Shown: positions 24,751 through 38,397 of the stretch, piece by piece
How positions within the stretch are numbered: the stretch's first letter is position 1
Layout of the letters: every line of letters begins with the position of its first letter
Assembly (NCBI GenBank): GCA_035084275.1
Contig: CM068769.1
Span: 1,054,001 to 1,118,000, forward strand
Direction: 5' to 3'
Source: Hydrolagus colliei
Taxonomy: Eukaryota
DNA length: 64,000 nt
Notes under the pieces: generated by a model
Told to the model about the DNA's origin: nothing
Seen by the model: the letters and a program-made list of their open reading frames with translations, nothing else
Databases searched by the model: none
Made by a program: the position numbers and the translations under genes

Positions 24751-27700
24751 GTAAGATACACTATAAGTATTGGAAATTTTAGAATATACGATTTGGAAAT
24801 AAAGAATAAGATTAAAGATAAAGAATAAGGTATTTCAGTATACGTTTTGCAAAGTGATTTTAGAGGTTAAGAATTTCTATATTAGCATACAAGCAAAAGT
24901 GTAAATTTCGTGGTTAAATAAGTTAAATAAGTTAGTAGCCGGCGATAAAATAAATACAGGGTTTTTTAATTGAAGTAGAAAAAGAACATTAAAGTATAAA
25001 GTTGTAAAGAATAAGATTTAAAGTATAAGAATTTCTGAAGTAATACACATGAAAGTAAAGTATAAGATTTTAGATTATAAGTATTGATAACATTGTTATA
25101 TTTACTGTATTTAATACAATTGTTTTATATGTTTAACTGTATTATGCTATAACAGATGATTGAAAGTCAAAGAAGACCAGACAGTCGAAAACCAAATGCA
25201 CATTGATATAAAAAAAATTAGAAACTTACATTCGAAAAGTCAAACAAGTCAAGCATATTTTTAAAATTAAACTGAGTGAGATTCCGTTTTTGTTAATAAG
25301 TAAACACACTTAAAATTGAAATGAAAACCATTTGGATTTGATGTTCCAATAACACCACTTGTTCTGATTAAAAAGGAAGTGTGATGACTAAATGTCAGTT
25401 GAAAAAAAACTAATTTTATGCAATTGCTATCTGAATTTACGGTCTCTATGGGGTATGTTGCGACGCTTTGAATGAGCATTTGGGGAACGACAAAAGTCAC
25501 AACATGAGTATGAGGCCACTCTGCATATTATTGATAGCATTGTGCCTCCAAAACTATTCTTTAAAAAGAGCAATCCGAACAGTCACAATACTCCTAATTG
25601 AATGTTTTTCCCCACAGGAATTTGTGACTGTACGGTCCTTAAGACAACTTGAGCTCAATGTGTTACCCTTTGTTTTAGTGTAAAAGATGTGTAAAAAAAA
25701 GTTTGTACCTGTAAATGGTTTAGCTTGAATGAGCAGTAATTAAACTTAAAAAAAGAAAGCAAATTGAAGTGAAGCTTTTTTTATATGTTTTATGTAATGT
25801 ATGCGTTTGAAGAGGACAACGTTGGGTCTGACTTTGCTCTGGACGCGGAGTATTGCCAGATACCATCCATGTTCCATAGATTTTGGATTATTTTAAATGT
25901 ACCGGACCTTGATAGGTCTGACTGTTCTCTGGGCGCTGAGTTTCAGACAGATACTACCCAAGTTCCAGATGTACTGTGTAATAGCAAAGTAAAAGATACA
26001 ACCAATAATTTGGAAAAAATTGCTGCAAGCAAGAAGGGAGAAAGAAGAGTAAATTTGAAGATATAAGAAAATTGGTTTTTGTTTTTAAAAAAGTCTGATT
26101 TATTTTATGTATCATTTATTTTGTGTATTCCAGTATTTACTTAAAATGTTTGTAGAAATTAAATAGGGATAAATTAGCGTGTGGCAGTTAACTTGCGGCA
26201 GTTAAAATTTACTGCAGCCATTGACTGTGGGCAGTTTAAATTCACTGACTGCAGGCACTCTGGTTTATATGGACAAAATGACTTTCCGTAACCCTTTGGT
26301 TTCCACATCAACTGAAAGTGTTTATGTAGGTAATGATAATGTCATGTTAACAACTGAAAATGTTTAAAGAAACTTGAGATTTCACCTTGTAATTTAGTTC
26401 TTACAGATACTGACAAGAATGGCATTCCATGCAGCCGCTTCTTCTGGGAGAACTTATAATTTTCGCTCCAACTCTCCCACCCACAAAGCTGATCTTCGCT
26501 TTTAATTTCACTCAATCATCTCAGGGGGAGATGAGTGGACAAGTGCAACCCAGTCAATCGTGTACATTGGCAACCGTATGTGTTTTGTATGCGTCGGTTA
26601 TTGTAGAGTGTGAGGTGACCGATTCGATAGGTAAAATAAATATCATACAGTTCAAGAAGTGATAGTAGTAAGAATGTCAGTATACTGTAATATTTTACGT
26701 AACCTTTAGTTTGTTTATTCCAGTATTTCAATAATGCTATTCATAATTTTAGTGGCTGTACTGTTTATGTTAATCATGATATTATTGATAATGATGTGCT
26801 TTAATTACAGATGCTAAAATAAGTTGCAACGATTGATTTGGTTGCTGAGGTAAAAGGGAATCGTGAAGATTTTGATAATGACGATGGTAACCAGTTTCAC
26901 CCACTCGAGGTGGGAACTGGACATTCTGGTCTTGTCTTACGTTGACAAAAAAGAAATTATAAAGACTCATGGACTTGTTTGCTGAAACAAAGCTGACTCT
27001 ATGGACTTTCGAAGACATTTTACCAGTGAATGGTCAAAACAAGCTGTTGAATTTCTCACTACAAATTTGGCTGAGTGACCAAAACGTTCTGAGTTTGCGA
27101 ACAAAGAAGACAAGTCGAACCGATATTGGAAAAAAAGGAGATATTCTGCAATCAACACAAACTGTATTACGTTTTTAAAAAGTCGATTCCTAATCACAGC
27201 CACTGTATAAATCTGCGTAATTAATTAATTGTACTGAACTGTACTACACACGTCTTGCTCTGAACTTTACTTCTCATGTCTTATGTTTTTGTGATTTTAC
27301 AATGTCTTATGGTATTTTACACTTTTCTGATTACATGCTATTTACGCCGAGGGCTGCACAAGAATGATACAAAAGGGATTTACAACTTGCTAAATTAATA
27401 CAGGCGTAGTTTGGTTGTGAGAGATCGAAAATTGTATTTTCTCACTCTCAAGGTGGGGCTCTGTTGGGATATGGAGGTACTGTACTAAAAATTATTTTTA
27501 TTTCCAATCGGGCACCAATTAAAACAATCTATCCAGAACACAGGCACAGTCAGCAAACTTGAGCAAAAGGGAGAGAAATAATTAACAAAGGCACAAAGGA
27601 TTGTACTCCTTTGGGAATTTGCCAAGTGAGTAGCAGGAGAGCCATCTCAAGGTCTGGGAAAACAAGGGAGGAGAACAACTCCCTACAACTCTGGCCTTTA

Positions 27701-29699
27701 GGTAGTCTGGTTTTGACATCGCTTCTGGACAATGTCCAAGTGATCAACTGGCTGAGTTCGTTATGGTGGAGTGCGTAAGTTTATTGGAGTTGAATGCTGT
27801 ATGCAAATTCATGATTTAATTAGAACTAATATTGTGCTAAATGAACTAAACGAACTCTCAGTATCTTGGTATTCAAAGAAGGTCTAGCAAACAATAAAAA
27901 GAGAGTTAGCAGAACGAAAAGTAAGGAAGGACAGGAAATATTGGGAAGAGGAAAATGAAATGCAAGGGATAAATGAAATAATTATTAAAAATGAATAATT
28001 GTTGTTATCATATGGGATATGATAAAAGGAGGGAATGTGAAATTGTAAAATTTAGCCATTGATGCCTAGATGTAACTTCTATACTATTAACCCAATTAAA
28101 CATAAAAAACAAGTCCTGAGAAACGCAGACTTGGCAAACTGCCAGTCGCATCCTTATCTGAGTATTTCACGGGGCAGAAAACAGTAACTCCAGCAAACCT
28201 TGACATTGTATAAACTAGACACCATCTGGAGATAAGCTTGTTTTTAACATTTAACCTTGCTGGAGAGACATGGAGTGATTGATGTCACTATTCAATAGTT
28301 GTTGGAACCATGTGATTGATAATACTTGTGTAACTGTCTTTGTGTGTACTGCAAATCCCTGCCTTTTTCTCATGTATAAAAAGGCTGCATTTACGGACAA
28401 CGACAGCTCATTATTTTGACGGTCAGGTACTCTACTTGGAAACTGTTGACTTCTGAGAATCAGCTCTTGCTAAAGCAAATAAACTTTAAATTTTCTTATC
28501 CATGGTGTATGGTCTGTTTGTAAGACAACGGTTCTGGGAACGAACAAAAAATTACAACTTCACATCTTTCTTGCTGTCTTTCTTGCTGTTTTTCTTTCTT
28601 GCTGTATTACATTCTTGCTTATGCCTCACCCAACGGACCACATCACTCTATCCATTGATTGCCAACTCGCCAAATCTTCCACATCCCTTCCAACTCCAGA
28701 TGATTCAGAAACCCAGATGGGTTGCTCGGCTATATATATCCAGCACAATGGGTTGTCAATAATTACTTTAATAACTAATAAATAAACCACGATTGTTTGT
28801 GGGATGTTAGTTCAATTGTCTCCTGCTTCTGGCTAAAATATATGCAATGAATTAACGTTGCAATTTGTGCTACCAATTATTTCGGCGCCATCTCGAAAAC
28901 CGTGTATGTTGCTATATCAAATGCTATTATTATTAATGGCTCGGACTAACGTATCGTGATGTTGTTTGTGACTTTTCCATTTTTTGTTTTCCTTATTATA
29001 TTTCTCCTGTGCCACTGTGTTTTCGTTTATTTATGTCCCAATGTTATCTTCTTACTCTATCCTACCAATTGATCTGCCTATCTCCATTTGTATTTATTAA
29101 TATTTTCTATACTATTCTATGCATATTGTTGGAAATAATGCAACGAAATAAAATTTTACATCTCTCATGCCAGGGAAATGGCTCAAAATGCGTTGCAAGG
29201 TAAAACTCATGAGGATGAAGGATCAAGATCTACACTTGTACAGCGCGTTTCACGTCAGGAGTACGCCCAGAAGTTTGGGCAGACATTATTTCAGACCCGA
29301 GCTGTGGTCAGAGATGGGGTTGTTAGAGTGAGTGAGGGAAAGTGGGATTTCGGGTGACCAAAGGATCTGTAAAAACCGAGGGATATTAGGTTGGTCTTCC
29401 AAGAGGGCAGGGAGGTTGGCATGGCGGAGGGACAGCGGTAGTGAGTTCCAGAGTGGAAGATTGGATAGTGGAAGACTGTTTCCCATTGTTGGAGAAACTA
29501 TAACCAGGGATCACAGAATTAAAATTAGGGAGTCAACCCTCTCGCATTGCGTTGACAAACTTCACTCGGAGCGTACTGAATGTATGGAATTCTCTCTCCC
29601 AAAGGGCTGTGATTGCTCAGTTCTTGAACAAATTCAAGACTGATGATGACAGATTTCTGGTTTATAAATAGAATAAGGGATACGATGATAAGAGGTGTA

Positions 29700-32600
29700 C
29701 GTGGAGGTAGATTAAACATCAGGTTCCTAGACCATTGGGACCAATTCTGGGGTCGGTGGAACCTGTACCAAATGGATGGGTTACACCTGAACAGGGCTGG
29801 AACCTCCTTGCAGGGAGGTTGTCCAGTTTTGTGGGGGGGACTTTAAACTAATCCCGGGGGGTGAGGGTGGGAAACTGATCAGTAGTTCAAATACGGGTGG
29901 GGTAATAAAGAGGACAGGGGTAAAGGTAAGACGGGAGAAAAATGCAGAGGAAGTAATTTGTGCCTTAGATTGCATGTATGTAAATGCACGAAGTTTGAGA
30001 AATAAAATTGGTGAACTGCAGGCTCAGGTTGCTGCGAGGCGATATGATGTTATAGCAGTAACAGAGACTTGGCTCCAGCATGGGCAGGAATGGGAGTTGA
30101 ACATTCCTGGTTATAATGTATTCAGGAGGGATAGAGAGGGGAGAAAAGGGGGCGGGGTGGCACTTTTAGTTAAGGACTCAGTGACTGCCTTAGAAAGGAA
30201 AAAGTTGGAAGAAGGACTAAAAACCGAATCTATCTGGTTAGAATTGAGGAATTAAAAAGGTGCAGTTACACTGTTAGGGGTATACTATAGACCACCAAAT
30301 AGTGGGGAGGAGATAGACAAGCAGATCTGCAAGCGTATCACGGAGAAATGCAGAACTAATAGAGTAGTGATAATGGGTGACTTCAACTATCCCAACATAG
30401 ACTGGCAGAATAGTAGAGTAAAGGGCAAGGAGGGAGAAGAATTCCTGAAGTGTGTGCAGGACAACTTTCTTGATCAGTATGTTTCCAGTCCAACGAGGAA
30501 AGAAGCATTGCTGGATCTAGTTTTGGGAAATGAGGTAGGGCAAGTTCAACAGGTTTCTGTAGGTGAGCATCTAGGGAATAGTGACCACAATATCGTTAGA
30601 TTCAGAATAATTATGGAAAGGGATAAGGAACGATCACAGGTGAGTACACTCAACTGGAAAAGGGCTAATTTCAATGAGTTGAGGTGGGACCTAGCCAAGG
30701 TGGATTGGAAAGAAAAAATGGCAGGTAAGACAACTAACGAGCAGTGAGCAGCGTCCAAAGAGGAGATAGTTCAGGCACAGGTCAAAAGCATCCCCACAAA
30801 GGTGAAATGTAAGACATCCAAACCTCCATGGATGACTAAGGAAATCGGGGCCAAAATTAAACAAAAAAAAAGGCTTATGATAAGTGTCAGGCTCAAAATT
30901 CAGAAGGGAACAAAGCAGAATATAGGAAGTGTAGGATAGAACTAAAAAAGGAAGTTAGAGGGGCAAAGAGACTGCATGAAAAACAATTAGCGAGTAAGAT
31001 TAAGGGGAACCCTAAGGTTTTTTACCAACATATTAAGAGTAAAAGGTTGGTCAAGGAGAGGGTGCGGCCAATTAGGGACCTAGGAGGAAATCTCATTGTG
31101 GAGGCAGAGGGCATGGCTGATGTACTGAATGAGTACTTCGCCTCTGTCTTCACAAAAGAAAAGGATACAGCCAATGCCATGGTATTAGAGGAGAGGGTAG
31201 GAGAAATGGATAGAATAATTATAACCAGAGAGGAAGTGCTAAAAAGGTTGACGTCGCTCATGGTGTATAAGTCACCTGGTCCGGATGGGATGCACCCTAG
31301 GTTACTAAGTGAGGCACGGGAGCAAATAGCAGGGACTCTGGCCACGATCTTTCAATCTACCTTGGAGACAGGGGTCGTGCCAGAGGACTGGAGGATAGCT
31401 AATGTTACTCACTTGTATAAAAAGGGGCAGAAGGACAAGCCTGGTAACTACAGACTAGTCAGTCTAACGTCGGTAGTGGGCAAACTTCTAGAGTCCTTAA
31501 TCAGGGACAAGGTAGATCTTCACTTAGAAAGATATAGGCTAATAAAGGACAGTCAACATGGATTTGTTAAAGGCAAATCTTGCCTTACAAATCTGGTAGA
31601 ATTTTTTGATGAGGTATCGGAATGGGTGGATAATGGTAGCGCAGTTGATGTAGTTTACATGGACTTTCAAAAGGCATTTGACACAGTGCCACATGAGAGA
31701 CTTATTATGAAAATAAAGGCCCATGGCGTAAAAGGGACAGTGGCAGCGTGGATCCACAACTGGCTGCGAGATAGAAAGCAGAGAGTTGTAGTGAGCGGCT
31801 GTTTTTCAGATTGGAGGGAAGTGAGCAGTGGTGTGCCACAGGGATCGGTTTTGGGACCATTGCTGTTTGTAATCTACATCAATGATCTGGACTTGGGTGT
31901 ATGGAGTACAGTTTCCAAGTTTGCAGATGACACTAAGTTAGGGAGAATAGTAAACAGTGAGGAGGATAGTAGCCATCTGCAAGAGGATATAGACAAATTG
32001 GTAAAGTGGGCAGATACATGGCAGATGAAGTTTAATGCAGAGAAGTGTGAGGTGATGCATTTTGGGAGAAGAAATGAAAGGAGGCAATATAGGCTAGATA
32101 GTACAATTTTAAATGGTGTAAAGGAACAGAGAGACCTGGGGATTTGTGTTAGGGACTCGTTGAAGGTGGCAGGAGAGGTAGACAAGGCTGTTAAGAAGGC
32201 ATATGGGATACTAGGCTTTATAAATAGGGGTATAGAGTACAAAAGTCAGGAAGTGCTGACTAACCTCTATAGGACTATGGTGAGGCCTCAGCTGGAATAC
32301 TGTGTTCAATTCTGGTCACCACACTACAGAAAGGATGTGACGGCATTGGAAAGGGTACAAAGAAGATTTACTAGGATGGTGCCAGGATTGAGGGACTTCA
32401 GCTATGAGGAGAGGCTAGATAGGCTAGGGTTATTCTCTCTGGAGCAGAGAAGATTGAGGGGAGACCTAATAGAGGTTTATAAGATCATGAGGGGTTTCGA
32501 CAGGGCAAATAGAGAAAAACTATTTCCACTCGTGGGTGAATCTGTGACTCGTGGTCACAGATTTAAAATAGTTTCAAGGCGCAGTAGAGGGGAGCTGAGG

Positions 32601-32855
32601 AGAAATGTTTTCACTGAGCGAGTTGTTCGAATCTGGAATGCATTGCCTGAAAAGGTGGTGGAGGCTGATTCGATAACAACTTTTAAAATGGAATTAGATC
32701 TTTATTTAGGGAGAACGGGTCTATTAGGCTATGGGGAGCGGGCAGGGCAGTGGGATTGAATCGCTCTTTTCAAAGAGCCGGCACAGACTAGATGGGCCGA
32801 ATGGCCTCCTTTTGTGCCGTAAAATTCTATGATTCTATGATTCTATGATTCTATA
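29700..32855 (+). mobile_element. CR1 LINE, 5'-truncated in ORF1, nearly complete ORF2
   Basis: ORF1 esterase tail DGLHLN; APE motifs (YVNARS, VTETW, GDFN); RT ORF 31047-32759 with FADD; stops at 30253 and 30745 plus a frameshift near 30870; (ATTCTATG)n tail 32823-32855. Confidence 0.95.
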
Positions 32856-33149
32856 TGTATATTGAAGTTGTAGCTGTTGTCTCCAAGGCACCAGTCACAA
32901 TGCATTTTTGCTACAATGCACGTTTGAACAAGCAACAGATCAACACATCTAAATTTTGTTTGTTTGTGTATCAAGTTGATAAATTGTCACTATCAGGGCC
33001 CTGGATTATTGCACACCAGTCTAGTTCAACCACCAAATTTCAAAGTTCTTTTGAAATTATTCTTACTTACTTTGTGTTACTGTTATTCTGGTTGCAGGCA
33101 TATATTTGGTTTTTTCTGAGCTTCGCACATAGCAGGGATGTTGATAGTA

Positions 33150-33422
33150 TCGTGCTCTGCAGTAGTAGTTAGAGCTGACTTCAACTTCCAAGTTATTGAT
33201 TTCTAATGAAAAATAAGTCGATCCTTTTTCCTGATTTTATAACACATCGATCAACAACAGGGATGGACACCCGCTGTGTCTCTTTGCCAAAATGTCGAAC
33301 AAATTACATGCTCTTGAAAATAACATCCGTTCTTGCTTCAAATACACAGTTGATGAACAACGACTCGCATTCGTTACGTGTCAGAGAGGTTGGTGTCTGC
33401 TTTACTGAGACGCTGACAGCTT
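33150..33422 (-). pseudogene. VNAR-like V exon, probable NAR-TCR (NTCR) V pseudogene
   Basis: Acceptor tttgttcag at 33423; EAVSVSVKQTPTSLTRNECESLFINCVFEARTDVIFKSM*FVRHFGKETQRVSIPVVDRCVIKSGK/GSTYFSLEINNLEVEVSSNYYCRAR with one stop (33304-33306) and one extra A (33225-33229); 61 residues between the Cys; GTAAGT donor at 33515-33520; possible decayed 23-RSS at about 33108-33149. Confidence 0.75.
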
Positions 33423-33964
33423 CTGAACAAACATACAATAACATGTTGATATTTTTGATATTATCCACTCCTATTCTAAATAAATCCCAAGATTGGGCTT
33501 TATCTAGTCTGTTGACTTACAATGTATGTGTTACAATTAGTGCTTTGGGACGCCATCTAGGTATGAAGGTAGCGGTGAAAAAGCAAAGTAGACTTGTTTA
33601 CTTCAGGATAGAATTTACATGCTAAAATGTACATTTGAAATCGACAATTCACCACTGGTTCACTGTCCATTTTATGTATTTTCATTGTGTTTGTGTTATG
33701 TAACAAAGGATATCATTTTTATTTTTCTGGAAAAAGCAAAAAAGCAAAGCTTTAAGGAAAGGGACTGATTGGCAGCTCTCTCAAATGGTCTGAATATCCT
33801 TTTTCAGGCTCAAGCTGAAACATGCCACAGTCCATCGCCATGAATCAAAGCTTCCTAAGCAAACTTTAGAGTTACGCCACTCCGAAAACGTTAAATCTCA
33901 AGGGAAGCACGCCGATTTGCTCGTGATTGAAAATATATTTGTCAAACTTTCAGTGTTGTGAAGT

Positions 33965-34040
33965 CATATAGCTCAGTGGTTAGGACGTTTGGCATTTAAA
34001 CGTGAGACCGGTGTTTCGAATTCAGGCAGTCCAGGGTGCC
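33965..34040 (+). mobile_element. tRNA-derived SINE head
   Basis: A-box tagctcagtgg and B-box-like gtttcgaatt; related heads at about 46555, 47615, 48750, 50035, 51215 (minus) and 53825, 56962 (plus). Confidence 0.6.
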
Positions 34041-37000
34041 TGAATTCGAAACACCGAATACCCTCACAACTCTCTCCCCTTCACCCCGAAATATCTCCCT
34101 GCCCTCCCAACTCTCTTATTTCTCTCCCAATTGTCCACAACCACATACGGATGTCCCCTCGAAGTGAAATACGCTCTATGAATGTAATTTTGTTATTGTG
34201 TTTGCTTTATCATAATATTAGCAGCATTGCATGATAATGATAATAACACTAATGCTTTCATTTATCGTATCGCCAAATCACATCTTTGGTTCCAATCACA
34301 GCACCTCACAGAATATATCATAATTGTATTTCACTACACTTTGTCTGGAAATGTGGCACCCAGCAGTGTAATGGTGTTCCACAAACAGTCGTAGATTTTG
34401 CTATTTAAGCTTTTGTATCGATTACACGGCTTGCGTTCGATATAGAACTTTTCACATCTTCTAGACGTTTCAAAGCGCTTCACATAGTATACTGTAAAGT
34501 GACTTGACGGTATATTTGTCGGCGAATCGCAGCAGTCATTTGCACACAGCAGCGTCCCCACAAAGAGTGGATTGAAATGACCGATTTCATTATTGTGGTT
34601 TTTAACTAGATACTAAATCTTCCCGAATAGCAACCGGGTGATGGACTACCAACCAGCGGTCACTTAATGCTTTTTAACACGCGTAATTTGGAAGATGCAA
34701 ATTTGCCCAAAGTTTATTACTGATAGTTATGAAACCAGAGGTTTTCTCCGTAATATTTCTCCTACAAATAGGTCAATTCTCTATACCGCATATTCTGTCA
34801 AGCGCTCTGAGACGTCGGCAAGATGCGAAAAGCGATATATCAAAAATGCAAGGATGATTATTATTATTATTCTATTACCATAACCTAGCCTCGCGTTCCA
34901 TTCTATACAGATTCTGCCTGCCCTGGTGAGTGTTCCCAGTGATCTAAGTATTCGTTCCCGTTTACATTATGTTTCACTGACAAAGCAATAAAGTTAACAC
35001 AGTGCGTCGTTGAAGTTTGTACAACTAACATCCATTGGGACCAATGGCTCGAAATTATTTTGGCAAAAGCAAAGCAATTGAGAAAATGATGCATCTCGAA
35101 AAAGCTACACAGTATACTGTGTGATATCGAAAAGTGTTGGACACGATATAACAACAAGAACAAAAAACAATACATTGATAGAGCGCCTTTCACGTCGGGA
35201 GGACATCCCAAGGCGCTGAACAAGAGGCGTGTGACCCGAGCTGGGACGGGAGTGTTTGGGAAGGAGTGAAAGACGAAGGGGAGGTAAAAGAGTTCGGGGA
35301 GGAACAAAAGGCACGATCGAAGAGGAAATTCTTCAAACCGGCCTTGAAAAAGGAAAGGGAAGAGGCGAAACGGAGGGATTGAGGGATGGCAATCCATAAG
35401 GTGGGAGCGGAGAAAGTGAAGGCCCGGCCTCCGATGGTGGGGCGGTTCGGGCGGGGGGTTTGGCGCAGGCCAAGTCCTGTTGAACGGTGGGTCCGGGTGG
35501 GCGTGTGGGTGGAGAGTAGATCGGTTAGGTAGGATGGGGCAAGGCCGTGTAAGGCCTTGTAGGTGAGGACGAGGATCTTAAACTCGATCCTCTGGAGGAT
35601 GGGGAACAAGTGGGGACGGGCGAGTGTGGGGGTTATGTTTTCGCGGTGGCGGGTGCGGGATAGTACACGGGATGCAGAGTTTGGGATGGCCTCCAGCCTA
35701 TGAATGGAGGAACTAGGGAGGCCGACTAAGATACAATTTCCCTAGTCCAGCCGTGAGGTGATGTAAGCATGCACAAGTGTTTCGGCAGCGCGGGGGGGAA
35801 GATAGTTGCGGAGCCTGGCAATGTTGCGCAGATGGAAATAGTCGGTGCCGGTCAAAGCGCGAATGGGGGGGAGAAGGAAACTTTTTCATCGAACATAATG
35901 CCGAGGTTCCTGATTGGCTTTGTGAGTTGGAGAGTGCAGCCTTGGATGTTGAGGCTCGCAGCGTCCGATGTGCGGAGGCGCTGGCTTGAGCCAATCAGGA
36001 GGACCTCGGTCTTATTCACGTTCAAGTGCAAAAAGTTGTCCATCGTCCACGATTCGATGTCGGACAGACATGCTGTCAGAACATCGATCGTCTGGGCGTT
36101 GAGGGATGAGGCAGAAAGGTAAAACTGTGTGTCATCCGCATACATGTGGAAATTTACCCCATGTCTGCGGATGACGTCGCCCAGATGGAGCGTGTAACAA
36201 CAACAACAACAATTTATATTTATAGAGCGCCTTTCACGTCGGGAGGACGTCCCAAGGCGCTAAAAATGGTGAAAAGGAGGGGACCGAGGACAGAGCCCTG
36301 AGGGACGCCGTGGGAAACTGTGCGGGGTTTTGAAGTAAAGCCATTGGAAGAAACAAAATGTAAACGGTGGGTCAAATAAGAATGGAACCAGTCAAGGACT
36401 GTGCCTTGAAGGTTGAGGTGGGAGGAAAGACGTTGAAGGAGGATGGTGTGATCGACTGTGTCGAACTCAGCAGACAGGTCAAGGAGGACGAGGATGCAGA
36501 GGGAGCCCTGGTCACATGCGGTTTGGATGTCATTTGTGACCTTAACCAGGGCAGTTTCTGTACAGTGGATAGGGCGGAAACCTGATTGGATGGGTTCAAT
36601 AAGTGAGTGACTTGAAAGGAAAGAGCGGAGTTGGGAGGTAACCAGTCTTTCAAGGACCTTGGATAGAAACGGGAGTTTGGAGGTGGGTCGATAACTTGAT
36701 GGTTGCGACGCAACAAGGGAGTGTTTCTTCAGGATAGGGGTGATGGTGGCTGTTTTAAGAGAGGTAGGGACGGTTCCTGAGGAGAGTGACAGGTTAATGG
36801 TGTCAGAAATGAGCGGGGCTAACAAATGGAGCTGGGTGCGGAGGAGGGGTGTGGGGAAGGGGTCCAATGAGCACGTGGTGGGTTTCATGGAGGTGATTGT
36901 TTTCGTGACTGAAAGCGGGGTGGTGGGGTTGAAAGTGTGAAATGGGGGGGGTGAGTATGTGTTGAGGTAGCTGATGAGGGCGCGGAGTGGTGGGGTAAGG

Positions 37001-38164
37001 AAACCGCAGAGCGGATTTTCTAAATTTTGTACTCGAGGAAGTCCGGCATTGCCTCACAACGAACGTTTGAGGAGAGAATCTGCGAGGTGAGGCGAGGGGG
37101 GCGGGGGGTGGCGGAGGAGGGGCTGATTGGTGGTGGCGAAGAGGAGGCGGTGGTTGGCCTTCGCTTCCAGGATTATCCTGGAATAGAAGGTTGATTTGGC
37201 GGTGCCTAGGGCGGAGCGGTAAAATTTGATGCGGTCCAGCCAGATTTGCCGGTGAACCGTGAGGCCAGATTTGAGCCAGGTGCGTTCAACTGCTCTCACG
37301 TGGCTTTTGTGGGAACGGAGGTAAGATATGTACCACTGTGATGATCTGGAATGGGAGACGGTTTTGGAGTTGAGGGGGGCCAGAGTGTCAAGGGTAGTGG
37401 AGAGGATGTTGTGGAGGGCGGTGGAGGCAGAGGATGGGTCTGTACAAAAAGAATGCCATTACGGGAGTGAGAAGTCAGCTCGTCTGCCATGTACGAATAG
37501 TGGTTATTTGCTCGTCTGCTACGCAACGCATAATAGTTACTTGCAAACCTGTACTACGCTTTGATTTTACCTCTAGCCGACACCTGTGAGCCTGTTACAG
37601 AAAGATGCGAATAACAGGGGCCATAAGGGTGTCTGGCAGGCATACCAAGGCTATGATATAATTATAAAGCTCTAGGCTTCGTTATCATCTTGCTTTTAGG
37701 TTATCTTGTTGTAAGATGTAGCCGGCCTATAACTCATTCACTCCCAGGCCATGATGTCTGTATGCTTATCTTGTTGTAAGGTGTAGCCGGCCTATAACTC
37801 ATTCACTCCCAGACCATGATGTCTGTATGCTTATCTTGTTTTAAGATGCAGTTGACCTATAACTCATTAATTCCTAGGCCATGATGTTTCTGTAAGACAA
37901 CTGCAAGGCCATATATTGCTGACCAAATAAGGTAATTAATGTATAACCATGCCCATATATGGTAGACAAATAATTGAAACTGTATAAAGATGTGTGTATA
38001 CTAGTAGTTGGTGTGCACTAGTAGTAGACGGACGAGAGTCTGTAGCAACATAGTGCACCGCTTCATGAATGCTAAATAAACTTGTTTGAATCACACACCC
38101 GAGTCACATATTTGTGAACAGAAACCCCAACCAAGGTACTGAGACGATTTTTTAGTTTCACATT

Positions 38165-38182
38165 TGGCGACGAGGATGGGAT
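38165..38182 (+). promoter_or_regulatory. Primer-binding site, tRNA-Ser(GCU)
   Basis: TGGCGACGAGGATGGGAT, complementary to the vertebrate tRNA-Ser(GCU) 3' end ATCCCATCCTCGTCGCCA. Confidence 0.85.
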
Positions 38183-38397
38183 CTCGTGACGAATAAGACA
38201 GTGCGTAGACGGCGGGACAATCCCTGGGTTTGTTTTGCCTAAGTGAAATTGCGCAGCCCAGTGAGTATATCATCTATTTTTGAATACTCTCAGTGTTTTT
38301 CACCTACGGAATAGGCTTCCGGGGTATGCGTAACTGATAGTCGTTAATGAGATCGGGATAAGAAAAGGTTGGTGGGTGTGTATTCAGTTAAAAACTT

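Larger units (their letters stand above)
22023..28564 (+). mobile_element. Old LTR element (family A), no intact coding frame seen
   Basis: LTRs 22023-22655 and 28036-28564 (TGTGAAAT...TTCACA), PBS after the first, polypurine tract ataaaaggagggaa before the second; LTRs visibly diverged; flanks CTAG vs TCTT do not match. Confidence 0.85.

Noticed and set aside
29013-29019. Isolated CACAGTG on the minus strand
   Set aside because: Best nonamer lies 25 nt away and there is no coding segment or 5' RSS next to it.
32856-33107. Possible NTCR D segment (CATTGTG and GATAGTG near-heptamers on the minus strand)
   Set aside because: No nonamer at a 12 or 23 nt spacing that I could support.
33206-33625. 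139 aa plus-strand ORF
   Set aside because: Antisense shadow of the VNAR-like exon; no recognisable motif.
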